In this document: positions 42,801-55,600 of the stretch, in pieces | Layout of the letters: every line of letters begins with the position of its first letter | Numbering within the stretch: the first letter of the stretch is position 1 | Origin: Oikopleura dioica | Taxonomy: Eukaryota > Animalia > Chordata | Direction of reading: 5' to 3' | DNA: 64,000 bases | NCBI GenBank assembly: GCA_907165135.1 | Contig: OU015566.1 | Location: 13,082,001 to 13,146,000, forward strand | Notes under the pieces: generated by a model | Database searches by the model: none | The model's input: the letters and a program-made list of their open reading frames with translations, nothing else | What the model was told of the DNA's origin: nothing | Translations under genes and position numbers: made by a program

Positions 42801-44735
42801 ATTCAAGCGCCGCCAATCACCGGGCGCCGCGGAGCATTCTTGAGTACAATTGTGAAAACATCATGCTACGGCGGCCAGACTAATTTAGATTAGGAACTGG
42901 CTCTTCGACTAGCTGACAGATAGACGAAATCTACACCCGATAGCTATTATAGCGATATAGCTACTTTTAAGTAGTATCTTAATTTGAAAGTACTGAATCT
43001 TCGGAAATGATTTTTGACGTCAGGGAAAGTACGTGGAAACACTGACGATCAGAAATTCCACTCTGGATGCAAGTAAAGCGCCTTAGGGAACTTGAACAAG
43101 TCGCACTTGAACTTGCCACTTTTCCTGCTTGAGGCAGGTTACGCTGGTTATTTCATAAACCTGATAACCCTTACCCCTTCTGGAATTTGCGATATTTGTT
43201 TTACAATTGCGGTTTTTTGATGATATCCGATGGTCATGTACTTCTTCTGCGATCAATGAAGATTCTAACTTTACTCGACTTTGCAGTATTTACGGCGGCA
43301 TTTTAATATGTACTCGGTTGTTTAGGGATAAAGAAAGAATCTTGAAATTGAGTTTGGCGGTTAGCAATACCGCATATTAATAGTCACGTCGTTGGAAAGA
43401 CGGGTCTTTTTGGGTCAGTTTCAAGAGTATTTCGAAATATCATCAGCAACGGCGGAGCGGAAGAGCTACTTCAATGACAGTAATTTCGGACGTGAGGGGA
43501 TAAACAATTTTAATTTGAACCTGAACCACGGTTATGTTCAGGTTTTACCCTCTCCATTCCTCGCTGAATACCGTCTGTGGTTTCGCGATTATTGCTATTC
43601 GGAGGGAGAAATTCTTCCGGCTCTCCTGGTCCTGGCCTCGTGTTTTGGGTTCGACTCGGGGTACTTTTTCTCAAGTGGTTTTATTAGTAGAACTATTGAC
43701 TTGTGGAGAAGCGTTCAGACATTGACCAGGAAAGGCTGAAGCTGAATATAGAGAAGTTCAAGTGAGTTGTTCTTGGAGAAAAGGGATTAAGCACGACCCT
43801 CTGTCGGGGACGAGAACCGCCATGAACTGGGAGAGGGTCACTCGAGGGAAATCACGAATTGAGATAGAGAAGTCCGCTCTTGCGAACGAATCCGCTCTTG
43901 ACGAATATCACTTGTCACAAACATGTCACGCAACATTTTTGCCAAACAACGATCCGGGATGCTCGATCGGGGATAGTTATTATTTGCTTTTATCAGCAGC
44001 AAGCTGAGGAAAGCGACTGATAAGTTGCGAATCGAGCATTTTCTGGCATGTTTTCTTTTTTGAGCCAGTCGTCAGCTGGACCGGGCGGGAGACGAGAATG
44101 GAATGCAACGAAAAGGTCGTTAGTCATGCATTATAATTTATGTTACTTTTAGCTGGAATTCAGAACTTAGTTCTTTCAATAAAATCCTTGGATTTTAGGG
44201 CTAGGGGATGATTTTGACGGGTTTTTCTTGAGAGGATAAGGTTATATTTGGATTTCAGCCAGTAAGAATGAAGTATTTTTTGTTTTGACAAATCACAGAT
44301 CAGTATGTTCCTGAGTTAGCCGACAGAACCCATGTTATCTATTCTAGTGATTGAAATAACTCTTTTTTTCAGAACAATTGCAAAAATATATTGTCCAAAT
44401 CGAAAAAGGAGAACGATCATTTGCTGTAAGTCGAGTTCAAGTCTGAAACGATGATTAATGTTTTGATTAAGGATTTAGCTAGTGAAGTATCCGACTGCTC
44501 CTCGGCGAAACGTGGCGGCGATTTGGGTCCCTTTGGCCGTGGGCAAATGCAACGTCCATTCGAAGAGGTACAGTATCGCTACGGTAGTATAGTACCCTTC
44601 TGAGCAAATCAGATTTGATCAGAAGTTGCTAGAATCTTTTGCTATTTTTAGGCGACGTTCGCACTGAAAGTCGGAGAAATGAGCGGCATCGTCGACACCG
44701 ACTCCGGCGTCCACATCATTTTGCGCACTGCCTAG
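39810..44735 (+). CDS. PIN1: Peptidyl-prolyl cis-trans isomerase Pin1 (WW + parvulin), 5 exons with a ~4.2-kb second intron
   Basis: Exon 1 [17 protein letters not shown]....SQWERP; 40115-40203 [17 protein letters not shown]; ~44372-44425; ~44471-44569 [26 protein letters not shown]; last exon [25 protein letters not shown]. Confidence 0.97.
40407..41287. mobile_element. ~880-bp non-autonomous DNA transposon with multiple subterminal repeats (hAT-like)
   Basis: ~30-bp TIR GTAGTA(G/A)GGATTTCCTTTTCGGCA; 8-bp TSD TACTAAAG at 40399-40406 and 41288-41295; many TTTTCGGCA/TGCCGAAAA motifs near both ends. Confidence 0.88.
41953..42457 (-). CDS. Putative nested antisense 3-exon gene encoding a small IQ-like-motif protein
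   Basis: TTTTTTTTCAG acceptor before the ATG; two phase-compatible GT-AG introns; product contains [16 protein letters not shown]. Confidence 0.42.
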
Positions 44736-46206
44736 ATCTGTCTTCGTTCAAGAAGACCAAAAGTAGAAGAAAAAGAAAATACTGTCGTCACTTGTCACAT
44801 GTCAATTCAATCAAAAAACGCTTACTGGAAACATGTGAATATATTTGATTCAAAGTTCACTGATTCAAAATAATACCCTATTCATTGAACAAATTCAGAT
44901 GAACCTTCTGATCGAGGGACGGAAAAAGTTCCATTTTGAAAAAAATTCTAGCGCTAAGGACAGCATGAATCAGCCCTGTTTATTTCTGACGTCAGAAAGG
45001 AAGCTCTAGGCTGTTTTTGACAAATGTCTACTTTGAAATTCGGACCGTTGGTTCATAATTTCAAAATATCACGTGATGTCATTGAGCTGAACGAGAATTT
45101 CTAAATTCTCTACATTGAACTTTCCTTCCTTTTGTCTTTCTACATTAAGATTATCGTTAAAAAAAACTAGGGCAAGAAGAAGGAGGCTACGGTTTATTTA
45201 ACTAACTTTAAATCCTTTTTTCTACGTTCCGGAAGAACCTTTTTTCTTTTCAAAAAAGTCTGGAAAAGCAGAAATATCCCCTAATCTGTAGTTTAACTGG
45301 TCGGCAACGCAAAGTTGCGCCTCTCTGCGCTGCTTTCGCATTCCTCGCCACTAATCCTTTTCAAAGTTCGCCACCAACTTAGAAAGAGGAAGCTCGATGC
45401 CTTGACTTGACAAGCGGTATAATGGGATTATGTTCGGCGGCGAGGGCTGCTCGAGTTCACCGACGAAGGTTACTCACACAGCACCTTCGAGCTTGCCTTA
45501 AACTCCACCGCCACTCGATCACTACACCGCTATTATTTTTGTCCTCTTGGTGAATTTTTCGACCGTTGTCAAAAAAGTAGCCTGCATCATCGAATTCGGC
45601 AAAAATGCGCGCCATCGATTTCAAATTTGAAATTTGAAAAAGTCGAAGTTAACCGGTTAAAAATGCGCAACTTGCCAATTCTATCGTTGATTCCAGTTGA
45701 AACGAGAATCAGTTTGCTGCTTCGAGTGAATGAAATTAATATCGGATTTTTATATTTTTTAGCTCGAAGCCGCATGCGGCTTCTCGATTTTCTGTCATTT
45801 CTGGACACTTTTCGGCCTATGAAAAGCAATCGGGTTAATTCGACATTCAATTTCACCGGGTTAAAAATGGAGACTTGCTTCTCCGGCACATTACCCTTTC
45901 TGATGATTCCGAAAACGAGTAGGAAAGGACGCGTCTGAGAGCGCAACGAAACCCGACTCGATTTCATACAAAGCAGGTCCTTCATGGTCGCGAGTGACTC
46001 CGTAGTAATTCCAACGCATTATCGAAAATATCCGCTAACAACGAAAGGCTCAACCCCTTTCGTCGCTGGTTGACCTAAAAAACATGAGCTTTTGCACTTC
46101 CCAAGTCTATATTTTTCAGACAAATAAAGGTAAAGTTGCAAATATCCAGGGCACTTCCCTTATTTTCAAATTCCTTTTACTGCTTTCAGAATCTGGAAGT
46201 TTCAGA

Positions 46207-46310
46207 CATTCAGGGATGCCCAGGGACCTCAGGGGACATTTTGGGACACCCTCGGACATTCATAGACATCCTGGGACATTCAGGTACATCCAGGGATGCC
46301 CAGGGATATC
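46207..46310. repeat. Degenerate ~10-bp minisatellite (GGGACATTCA-like)
   Basis: cagggatgcc/cagggacctc/aggggacatt/tgggacaccc/tcggacattc/tgggacattc repeated. Confidence 0.65.
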
Positions 46311-49300
46311 TTGCGACGCTTAGGACCTTTAGTGAACATTTTCATTTGTGAAAAATTTCTTTGGAATGTCTGAATAGTTTTTGATGATGAGTTTTTCGTA
46401 CTCATCAATCAAGCAATTAGCCAAAACGGACGTAACCGCAGTGGCATTTCTGGCGTCACCGTCTCCGAGACTGGAAATTCTCTCCTCCCGGTTTTTCCTC
46501 GGATCGTTGGAATGCTGGCGCAAGTCATTCACTACTCCTTTACTGCACCAGCGGAGCAATTTTACTCCACCAAAAAGCGCGGGAACTCTGAGTTGCATCT
46601 CAGTCACGTCGCTGGGCGCCCATCGGCCAGGTAGATGTTCCCTTCAGAGCTCTTGGCGGCTGTTAGCGCTGCCAATTTACTACTGGTACAGCGCGCATAC
46701 TCAAATCAAGCCTCTAGAAAACCGATACAGGCTTTTAATGAATGGTTCGGAGAGCGAAAAAAGAAGGATGATTTTCTCACAGTTTTTAAAAGACTGAATA
46801 TTCTCGTAGGCTAGCAGACAGCAGTAATTGACCGTGTAATCAGTACTTATCATTTATTTTTCGCTGGTCGACAATTTTTTCTTCCGTTCCTTTTGTACCG
46901 ATTTTTAATAATAAATGGTCGGTTATCACGACAGTAATTGCTACTTGCTACATCCAAGGCTGGTCCTGAAATTTATGAGTAGACACTGCGTCAATTCATA
47001 CCTTCCTTTTTCTAGAGCATTCTTCATTTTTGTTGTGTGATTGGTTTTGGGTGGCGTGATTCGCAAAGTTTATCGTGATTGTTAGTTTACTCCAGCAAAA
47101 ACAAAATGGCGGAAGGTTCGTCAAACCCCGTTTTGGAAAAGGTTGTTTGGATTTTAGGAAAACACTACAAGGGCAATTGTTGATTAAAGAGAGGCAGAAG
47201 GCCACCGCAAAGTCGACCACGTAGCTTCGACTGCCGCCATCGCAAGAAACGCGAACTAAAAAGTTCAGCCTTGGTGGTCAATACTGGGCAGTTTGCCCAT
47301 CATTTTTTTGAAAATCTTTTAGACTTAAATTTCCTTAGAAACGTCCCAAAAAGTTCAAATCTAAGTATTTTCATTTTCACGATCGAAAGAAGTGGAGTCA
47401 TTGAACGAGCTTCCTTATAAAGTGTTTTGCAGCACTTCGGATTCTTCTCTTGATCCTGGATTTCGGCCGATAAGACGTTCCCTACGATAGTGCTTTAAAA
47501 TTGCCTGTCTGGCGGCCACTAGGGAAGGAGACTGGCGCTCCGAGTTCTTGATACATTTTAATAGGAAAATGCTGATTTTTTTTATTCATGTTGAATTTTA
47601 CTCAGTCTCCATACTCGATTCTTTGTCAAAAAATCTATTTTTTAGCTACTCAAGTACTGAAATTATTCTCTGAGAGAATATTCCTTTCAATTACGATCCC
47701 AATCGTTGGAAATTTTCCTTAGTCGAAGAAATTCTCCATTTTCCGGACAAATCGGAGGAAGGCGATGATATAAAATCGCCGAAAGATCACGTACAAAGCA
47801 AGTGCTTGTGATTTTGAATATCGCATCTTGCTTGGCCGTGACAGAATTTTGATATACCCAGCGGAAAGCCCCTTTATCGCTTTAAAGCTTTAGTAACCAG
47901 CTAAGTACATTTTCTCCCGATCTCGTCGCGAGTTTTTCAATTTCTTTTGATATTACCAGTATAAATAACTGCGTTTCGGTAAAGTTAATTACTGTTACCG
48001 CCGCTGGAACTCGTAAATATTTTCGAGTTGTCACGAAAAGGAATTTTGTTGGGAAGGAGAGCTGGAAAGGGCGGCATCGCCCTTTTTAGCAATGCTCAGG
48101 GTGCAGGGTGAACTTTTCGCGAAATCGGATTTACGGACTGGCATGTCGCTTTTTCGACAGTCAATGCATTTTTGAAGCGGCGATTCTCCTTCTATTTACG
48201 ATGGAATCGCTTGTTCTCAACAGTGCCACTTCATTTCTCATAAGCAAAAGTCTAGTAATAAAAGAGGATTGAAGTTCAATCATTGAACCAATTGAAAGTT
48301 GCAAATGCTAGATGCTTCCGAAGTAACTCGGGCCGAGTTAGGAATCCCATCACCATCCAAGTCTCCACCCTTTCGGCTTATCCAGCTAATCTCGGCCGAG
48401 TTCAAATTCTTTTTGCATCAGCAGGGTAACTTTCTCCGTGCTGAGGTACCGTTTATTTAACACCGCTGAGCTGTGTAACATATCTTCTATCTCGAGCTGC
48501 TATGAAAATAAAAAGGTATCGAGCTTTATTTGAACTCGTTCTTGAGTTACACTTGCCCGGTTTCAAGTTTGAAAATTATGCAAACCTCGGAAGAAGGAGA
48601 TCCCCCTTGAGTTCAAACGGTAAACCATGGGAAGTGCTAGTTATGTTGGTATGTCCGGCTCGCCTCTCTTTTAAAGTTCTTGTGCGACAGTTCTTTCGGT
48701 AGTGATTATATTTTGATGTTGGACGTTGAAGGTTTGCGCCGTGTGTTTTCCGAAATAAGCTCCCTCTTTCTTTCTCTGTCTATTTTCAGTTGCGCTTGCT
48801 TCCTAAGCTAACGATGCTAACCTTTTAGCTTATCCCATAATATGCACACGTGAAATATGCTGACCAATAGTGCTTCTCGCGGAAAGTTCATATGATTCGC
48901 ATAATAGAAAGTATCGCTTCAAACAAGCAGGGTTCTAAATCACGTGGTTTATAGTAAAACAAATCTTATCTTTCGGTACTGCTATTGAACAAGTTCTCGA
49001 ACATCTATCCACAGATATTCGAGAATGACATTGATGTTTTTATGTTGTATCATCGTATAGTCACAATGATATAAAGACGAGCAACGATAGAACATTCGAT
49101 TGATGAGCCCCTCGTTCCAATATTAACCTCTTGGAATGGACCTCGCTATCTTTAATTGTTGACAAGTCGGGTGATATCAGCGCAGTGCGATATCAGTGTT
49201 TTAGAGAGATTCTGCTTCTCGCGCAACCATTTCCCCGCCCGGTTACGAGGAACATCCGTCTCGATTCGACTGGCTTAATCTGGTTTTAGAAACCTCCCCC

Positions 49301-49621
49301 ATTGAATCTTATTTATTGAAATAGTTGTTCGAAAACGACCGAATAACTCATCAAAGAATAACCCTCTTGATATCAAATTTGACTGTCTGGCGCCAGCAGT
49401 TGCAAAACTTCTTCTGAAACTTTCTTAAATTTGAGAGCTTCGCTACTGCTGTATAACTTCTAACCAGGGGAAGGGGAGAAGCTAAAAGACGTATCTGCTT
49501 ACTTTGGTTTTTAATCTCCTAAGGCCTTGACTCTTATTGAGCGCATATTCTTTCTTTAAAAAGGGAACAGATTTGATCGTGGTGTTCGTTTGGGACAATG
49601 TCTAATGTCTCGATTTTTAGA

Positions 49622-52600
49622 ATGTCGGATGAGTTCAAAATACATCACTTAGCCTCGCAAGTGTGTTCGAGCCTCAAGAGCGCGATCAAACCCGACAACA
49701 TCGCCTCGAACTTCAACAAGAACAGGACGAGATATGTGACAGTGCAAGTGCCGGCACAAGAAGCAAGAAGGTTTATCATTTCGCAATCATCCTCGCCGCA
49801 CGAATTCAATGATCTTTATGATGAACTCAAGGTAGACGTTCGAAGAATATTTCTTCATGCTCGGTTATAATCTATAAATTATTAGTTTTTACCATTCACT
49901 TCAATTTTGAACCGTCAAGGTTCATTCCCACGACCTTGCAGTTATTTTTTCTGTTTAGAGCAAGAATGTCCGCGTCCTCGACGGGCTGGTGTTTATACTG
50001 GAAAATGTATGCAAGGACGAAAAAGTAAAAAAGATGCTCCACGCCCATGCGTTGAACATTGGTGACGCCGGGAAGGTTCCGATCGGGAAAGTGAAGCCTG
50101 GAGTCAGGCAAACTGAAAAGCAGGAGATCGGGAACATGGACTTGGAGGCTATTCAGAAGACGATTTCAGGAAAAGTTGCTTAGATCTCCCTAGTCTATAA
50201 GAAAAGACTAGACCAACCTTGATTCTCTTTTATAAAGAATATCAAATTCATCAATCGTTTCAGAGTCCGCTAGAAAATCCCGCCGTTCAAAAGCGCCTAA
50301 ATCTTCAAAAACAAACTTGCTTGAGCAAGGTGACTCGGCGGTATCGGCAGACACTCTTCTTGATGTCAAAGCTCAGAGGATGAAGGCTCACGCGAACGAA
50401 CCGTCGACCTGTGACATAAGATATCCCGCGATCTGGAGATCACGTCACATTCCCGATTTGGAGCAGTACAAGAACAAACCGGTTGGGCAGATTGGTGCGC
50501 TTCCTACTGAATCACAGGTACTGTACAAAACTTGAAGCTGCCCTGTATTATCGGGGATTTTTATTCAAGACGAGCGCCAGTTTACTAAAGAAAAAAGTTG
50601 ATATTCAGTCAGCCTAAAAAACCAATCCTCCTTGAAGAGCCTTTTCCTTAAAACAAATCCGCCTTTTTAATCTCCCGTGACATATCTGGCTTTAACTTGT
50701 TCGCCGAGAAACGAGGAAGGACTGAACTATTCTTCCTGCGAAAGCGATATTACAACGGCTTAAATTTTTGGCACCATTACTAAAGTTAAAAAAGCTATTC
50801 AAAACAATTACTTTTGAATGAATAAAGCAATTCTTTCAGGAATCCGAACTGGTCAGGGACCTCTTGTGCATCCTCTCTGGAGGCCGTGCTACCTACATTT
50901 GGATGAAGAAAGAAAGCACGGAAGAGCATCGAATCCTGCCGCCAGAATACGAGCTCGACCCGAGCATCAACATCTCCCTCCGCTCACTGACAGTCGAGCC
51001 CTTAAAAGTCGCTGCAGCTCTTCATGTTTTGCTCAACTTCAGCGAAAGATACGTCCTCCACAACTTCGGAATGGTAGCCCATGCGTTCGTCGCCGAGCTT
51101 TCAAATTACGTCCAAGAAATTAGGAACAACATAGTCAAGCTAGAATCAGTTCATGTGAGTTTGATGAAAGAATTCGCGCGTTAGATAATTAAACTCAGAT
51201 TACCTCCGGACTCAACTTACACCAGCTCAATTGTCACCTGCGAAGCGTACTACGCCAAGTTCAAATTATCAGGTAACGCAAAGTCCCAACGCTCAATCTA
51301 AGCAACTCATAGCATTATAGGTATTTACGCAACGCAAAATTAATTTATCAAATTTAACTTGATTCCGATGGGGGAAAGCATCATTACCAACAAAATAGAA
51401 AAACAGAGTCAGGCTTAGGATTCTAGCAACACTTCTGTTATTTCGATACTAACAGTAGATGCTTCAGAGGTTATTGAGTTCTTCGCGGGGAGGAAAAATT
51501 TCATGCGAATTAATTATCCGAACTTTCGGAAAAAAGGGGCGTCCCCGTCTGTTGATTAGTGATTCAGGCATTCGGTTTTCTGGAGAGTCGTATTTCCCCC
51601 GTGCTGAATAATTTTCTCTCTCGCATCAACCGCAAAAAACTAGCTTCGAACTTTGAACCAGCTTCGGGCCGAAGAAGCGTCAGCTGCGGCTAGAATTTGC
51701 ACCCTGCAGCTGCAATATTATCATCAGACGATATCTAACAGTGCCCCTATCTCTCTTTCTGTACCTGCCGCCTCAGGAATTTTCGATTTTCTTTCGAGAT
51801 TCCTCCGAAAGAGCAGTAGAGAGCTAATAATAACCGGTTTTATCAATCTTGTCAAACAAAAACGAACTTGTCAAAGAAATACGTACTCGTTAATTTCTTT
51901 TCCGGGGTCTCGAGGATTTATGCAGCAGCGTCTAGACTCGGGTCTGAACTGATCATTCACCTGTCACCGCTGTGAAATTCACCGAATCGATTCTTCAACT
52001 TGTTGGAGTCCGTCCTGGGGGTCGCTTCGCACAAAAGTGCATTGTGGGAACTACCAATAGGGCGGCTACTGACATGTCTTTGGATGAAGCTTGTCTACAT
52101 CGTAGTCTGGATCAGAGCTGGAAAAAAGTATACTTCCCCCCGCCCTTCAAAAATCTGCAGGGCGCCCTTCATTCTTGAAGGGCGGTGAAGTACGAAATGG
52201 CTCTGAAGTATACTTCACGCGCTGAAGTATACTTCAGCTATCGGTTCTTATCGAAAACTTTAGCTGCAACTTCATCTGCCACAATCAGCGTGGTTTAAAT
52301 CATGGCGCCTGAGAGCCAATAAGCGCAAAATTTGAAAAAATTCTGGCGGATGGATTCTGATGGCCGACAGAACCAAATTGAAGTAGAGTGAAGGGCGGAA
52401 GGGCGGTTGAAGTAGAGGGAAGGGCGGAAGTACACTTCACGCCCTTCAACGCCCTGCAACGCCCTGAAGTATACTTCATGAAGTATACTTCATTCTGAAG
52501 GGCGAGTGAAGTATACTTTTTTACCAACTCTGGTCTGGATAATTGAGGCGGATCCGTAGGGCTAAACCTAAAGTCCAAACCACTCAGGCCCGTTTTTCAT

Positions 52601-55600
52601 ACTTTGCTTCAAAATCAAGAAAAAACGCATTTCGTTTTTGCGGTTGAAGGCACTTTCCCGTTGGGCTGTTAATAAATTCAATGCACAGCCGTAGCCCAGT
52701 ATCCAGTTCAAAAAGATGGTGCGGTTACGGAGGTGAAATTACTTGAATTCCACCATAAGGACCAAGTGTAGAACGCGACTCTCCGGCTGTGGATACTTAG
52801 TAACGTTAGAAGGTTATGAAAGGGAGGTGAAAGCTGCATGCAGATATTCGACCTCAGCGTTTTTTTCTGGCCAAGGAAGTCCTTAATTCGCAATGCATAT
52901 ATTTGTATTTAAACCTTTATGTTCCTTTCTCGACCGTTTCCACCTGAGAAAAGAACTTTGGGACGCTGGATACTTGCGTTCGCGAACCATCATGTGCGCC
53001 CCTTTCCTGACATTTTCCTCGCACCTTCCTAAAGTTCGCCTCAAACCACAGCCGTTTTGAGCTCTCTACAGGCAACTAATCGTGCGGTAGCAAAGTCTAA
53101 ACGTTGATATTTTTCTATAAAAAGTCAAATTATTGACTAAGAAACGAACAACTCTCGAGTTTATTTGCGTTTTTCTAGTTATTTTCTAGCGGCGAGATTA
53201 TAGTTAAATTTCGGTCGAAATTAACCTTTTTCTTGCCATTTTGAGAATCTAGGATAAGGCCTCTATTTTCTATTTACGGAAATTCTCAAATTTAAATTCA
53301 GCAGAATTGCTGATCAGCTCTATTTTGAGAATGTTTTTGTCTACTTTTATATGCTCAAGCACGTGGTGAAATGCTGAAAAATAGACTTGGATTGACGCAA
53401 ATTATCATAAATATAGGACAGGGGAATAGTTTTGCATAAAGTGAAAAGTAAGCATAAAACAAACAAGGCACGGAAAAAGGTTTAAAGCGGACTCGAGCGA
53501 TGAGATTTAGAGTCTAAGATTTAGACTCTTTTTTTTTAGGATTAATTTTTAATTTTTTGCTCTGCCTTAAAAATCTGAGCTTTTTTGTTTGGAAAAATTC
53601 TTTCGAAAAGAATCGGAAAACTTTTAATTTCTAATTTTGCGCTGAAAGTTCATTGTTTTATTCAGCGATATCTGCCAGACGATTGCGCGTTCTAACTCTC
53701 GAGGTGCTCAAATTCTGACGATCTTGCATCAGAAGGCGGAGAACTCTGCCGGCGATCCGGAGCAGCGGATCATTTTCAATTTGACAGCCGCCGCGTGTGA
53801 ACCCTACCTGGCGATGATTGCGCAGTGGATGCAGAAAGGCGAATTGCAAGGCACCGGTTTTAACCCTTTTTCCTCTTCCTTCCGCCATTTTCCGAATTGT
53901 CGAAATCGTTGTTCGGCAAAACACAGAAACAAGTTTTGGGATAAACTCGAATTGGTCGGAAAAAATATAAATTTTCAATTTTGACAAAAATTTCAACTTG
54001 GGGATAAATCATTATCTTGACCGTTTTCGTCATCGTCTAAACTCTAGAAAACACCTGGAAAAAACTTTTTTTCATAGCCTGGGGCGATTCTGAGGCCATT
54101 TTCATGAATTTTCTACGAACTGCCATATCTCACGTGACAGATGATGAAATCACGTGATTGATATATTTTTAGAAAGCTCAGCTTCTGAGGATTGGGGGAA
54201 AGAAAAGAAATTTGAAAAAAATCGATTCTAAATGACGAAAATTAATATTTTAATTTTTTGGCCAATCAGCAAAAACCGATTTTTCGGAAAAATTTTTGCT
54301 TTCCCCCAATCCTCAGAATCTGAGCTTTCCATTGATACTTGGATCATCTGGTTTCAAAGAGTATCACGTGAGTTATGGCTGTTCGAAGGCCGAAAATTTA
54401 TATTTTTTCCGGCCATTCAACTTGAATTTGACGATTGAGGAAATTTCTAATTACGTTTATAGAAAATACATCAAATTACTAGCTCTTACAAGTCGTAAGG
54501 TTGAGTATAATAGGATATTCACTAGAACGTTCTAGTTGTAAGGACAAACTAGAATTTGCCATGTCGGGGAAAAATGTATGGTAGAATATGTTTGCGAGTA
54601 TTTTTTTTCGAAAACCTGATTGGTCTAACGGCGGAATGCGGACATCTTATTGGTCTAGAATTTGACAAAGATTCTCCTTAATATGAACGCTATTTTTGTC
54701 GATTTGTACCGCCGCCCTGGTATTTTCGTTAAATTTTATCTATTTTGTAAATGATGTTTAGTCGGAACACTTCTCGTTCGTTAGTATATTGACGGTTCTT
54801 GGTCAATTACGACGACGGTAAAACGAAGTTGGAAAACATCATTTCGCAATTGTGCCTTTACGGTACTTTGACGGAACATGTTTTTTCAGACATTTGTTAT
54901 TCCGACATCAGCAATATTTTTACATTCCATGGTAACCAGTTTACAACCTTGGCGGAGCATTATTTTGGTGCTCCCAAAAGGTGTTTTTCATGTCTATCTG
55001 TCAAATTTTGAACATGACAGCATCAAGAATGTCCTCTCCATCACGTGATTCATCCTCGCACATTCATCTACAGCTACCTAGCCTAGTCATTCTAGAGATA
55101 GCGTGGGATGAAGCGGGAAATGATTACAGCCCACCTTTCCTTTTTTTCTTTTTTTTTGGTGGAGTAGAAAAAAGCACTAGCGCTCCGTTCAGCATTTCGG
55201 TGCGTGGTGGTGCTTCGTGACTCCGTGATGGGATGGCCTTGGCGCCGCCGAGTAGATCTGATCGGGATGGTGGTGGAGCATGCCGCGGGCGATCAGGCAT
55301 ACCGTCGTGCTGACTCACCTGCTACTACTCCGAGCTCGTCTTGCTCAATGTTGCGAAATATTTTCTTTAGCAATAATAATAATAAGTGCTGCTTTATTTT
55401 AGATTTGTAGACCGGAAATACTGATGCTTATTTTAATAAAAAAGTAATATAATGGAAAATAGCCACGAAGTCGTTGAAATAGAAATGACAACTGTCGGAA
55501 GAAATCCTCATGAAATTCCAAAGTACTTTTTATGTATTACATGACATTTTAAATGACAATTGGTGGTTCAAATTTTATGATTGTTGGAAATTAGACGTTG

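Noticed and set aside
43392-44007. Second nested gene or transposase in the PIN1 intron
   Set aside because: No consistent spliced frame or recognisable motif on either strand.
45587-45985. Overlapping 132-aa and 103-aa ORFs as a transposase fragment
   Set aside because: No DDE, zinc-finger or RT motifs; composition looks non-coding.
50170-50265. GA-AG non-canonical intron in TUBGCP2
   Set aside because: A canonical GT (AAA|GTTGCT) to CAGAG| splice restores the frame equally well.
55124-55410. GC-rich ORFs with an NLS-like KKKKKRK
   Set aside because: The Lys run comes from a poly-T tract; no supported gene model.
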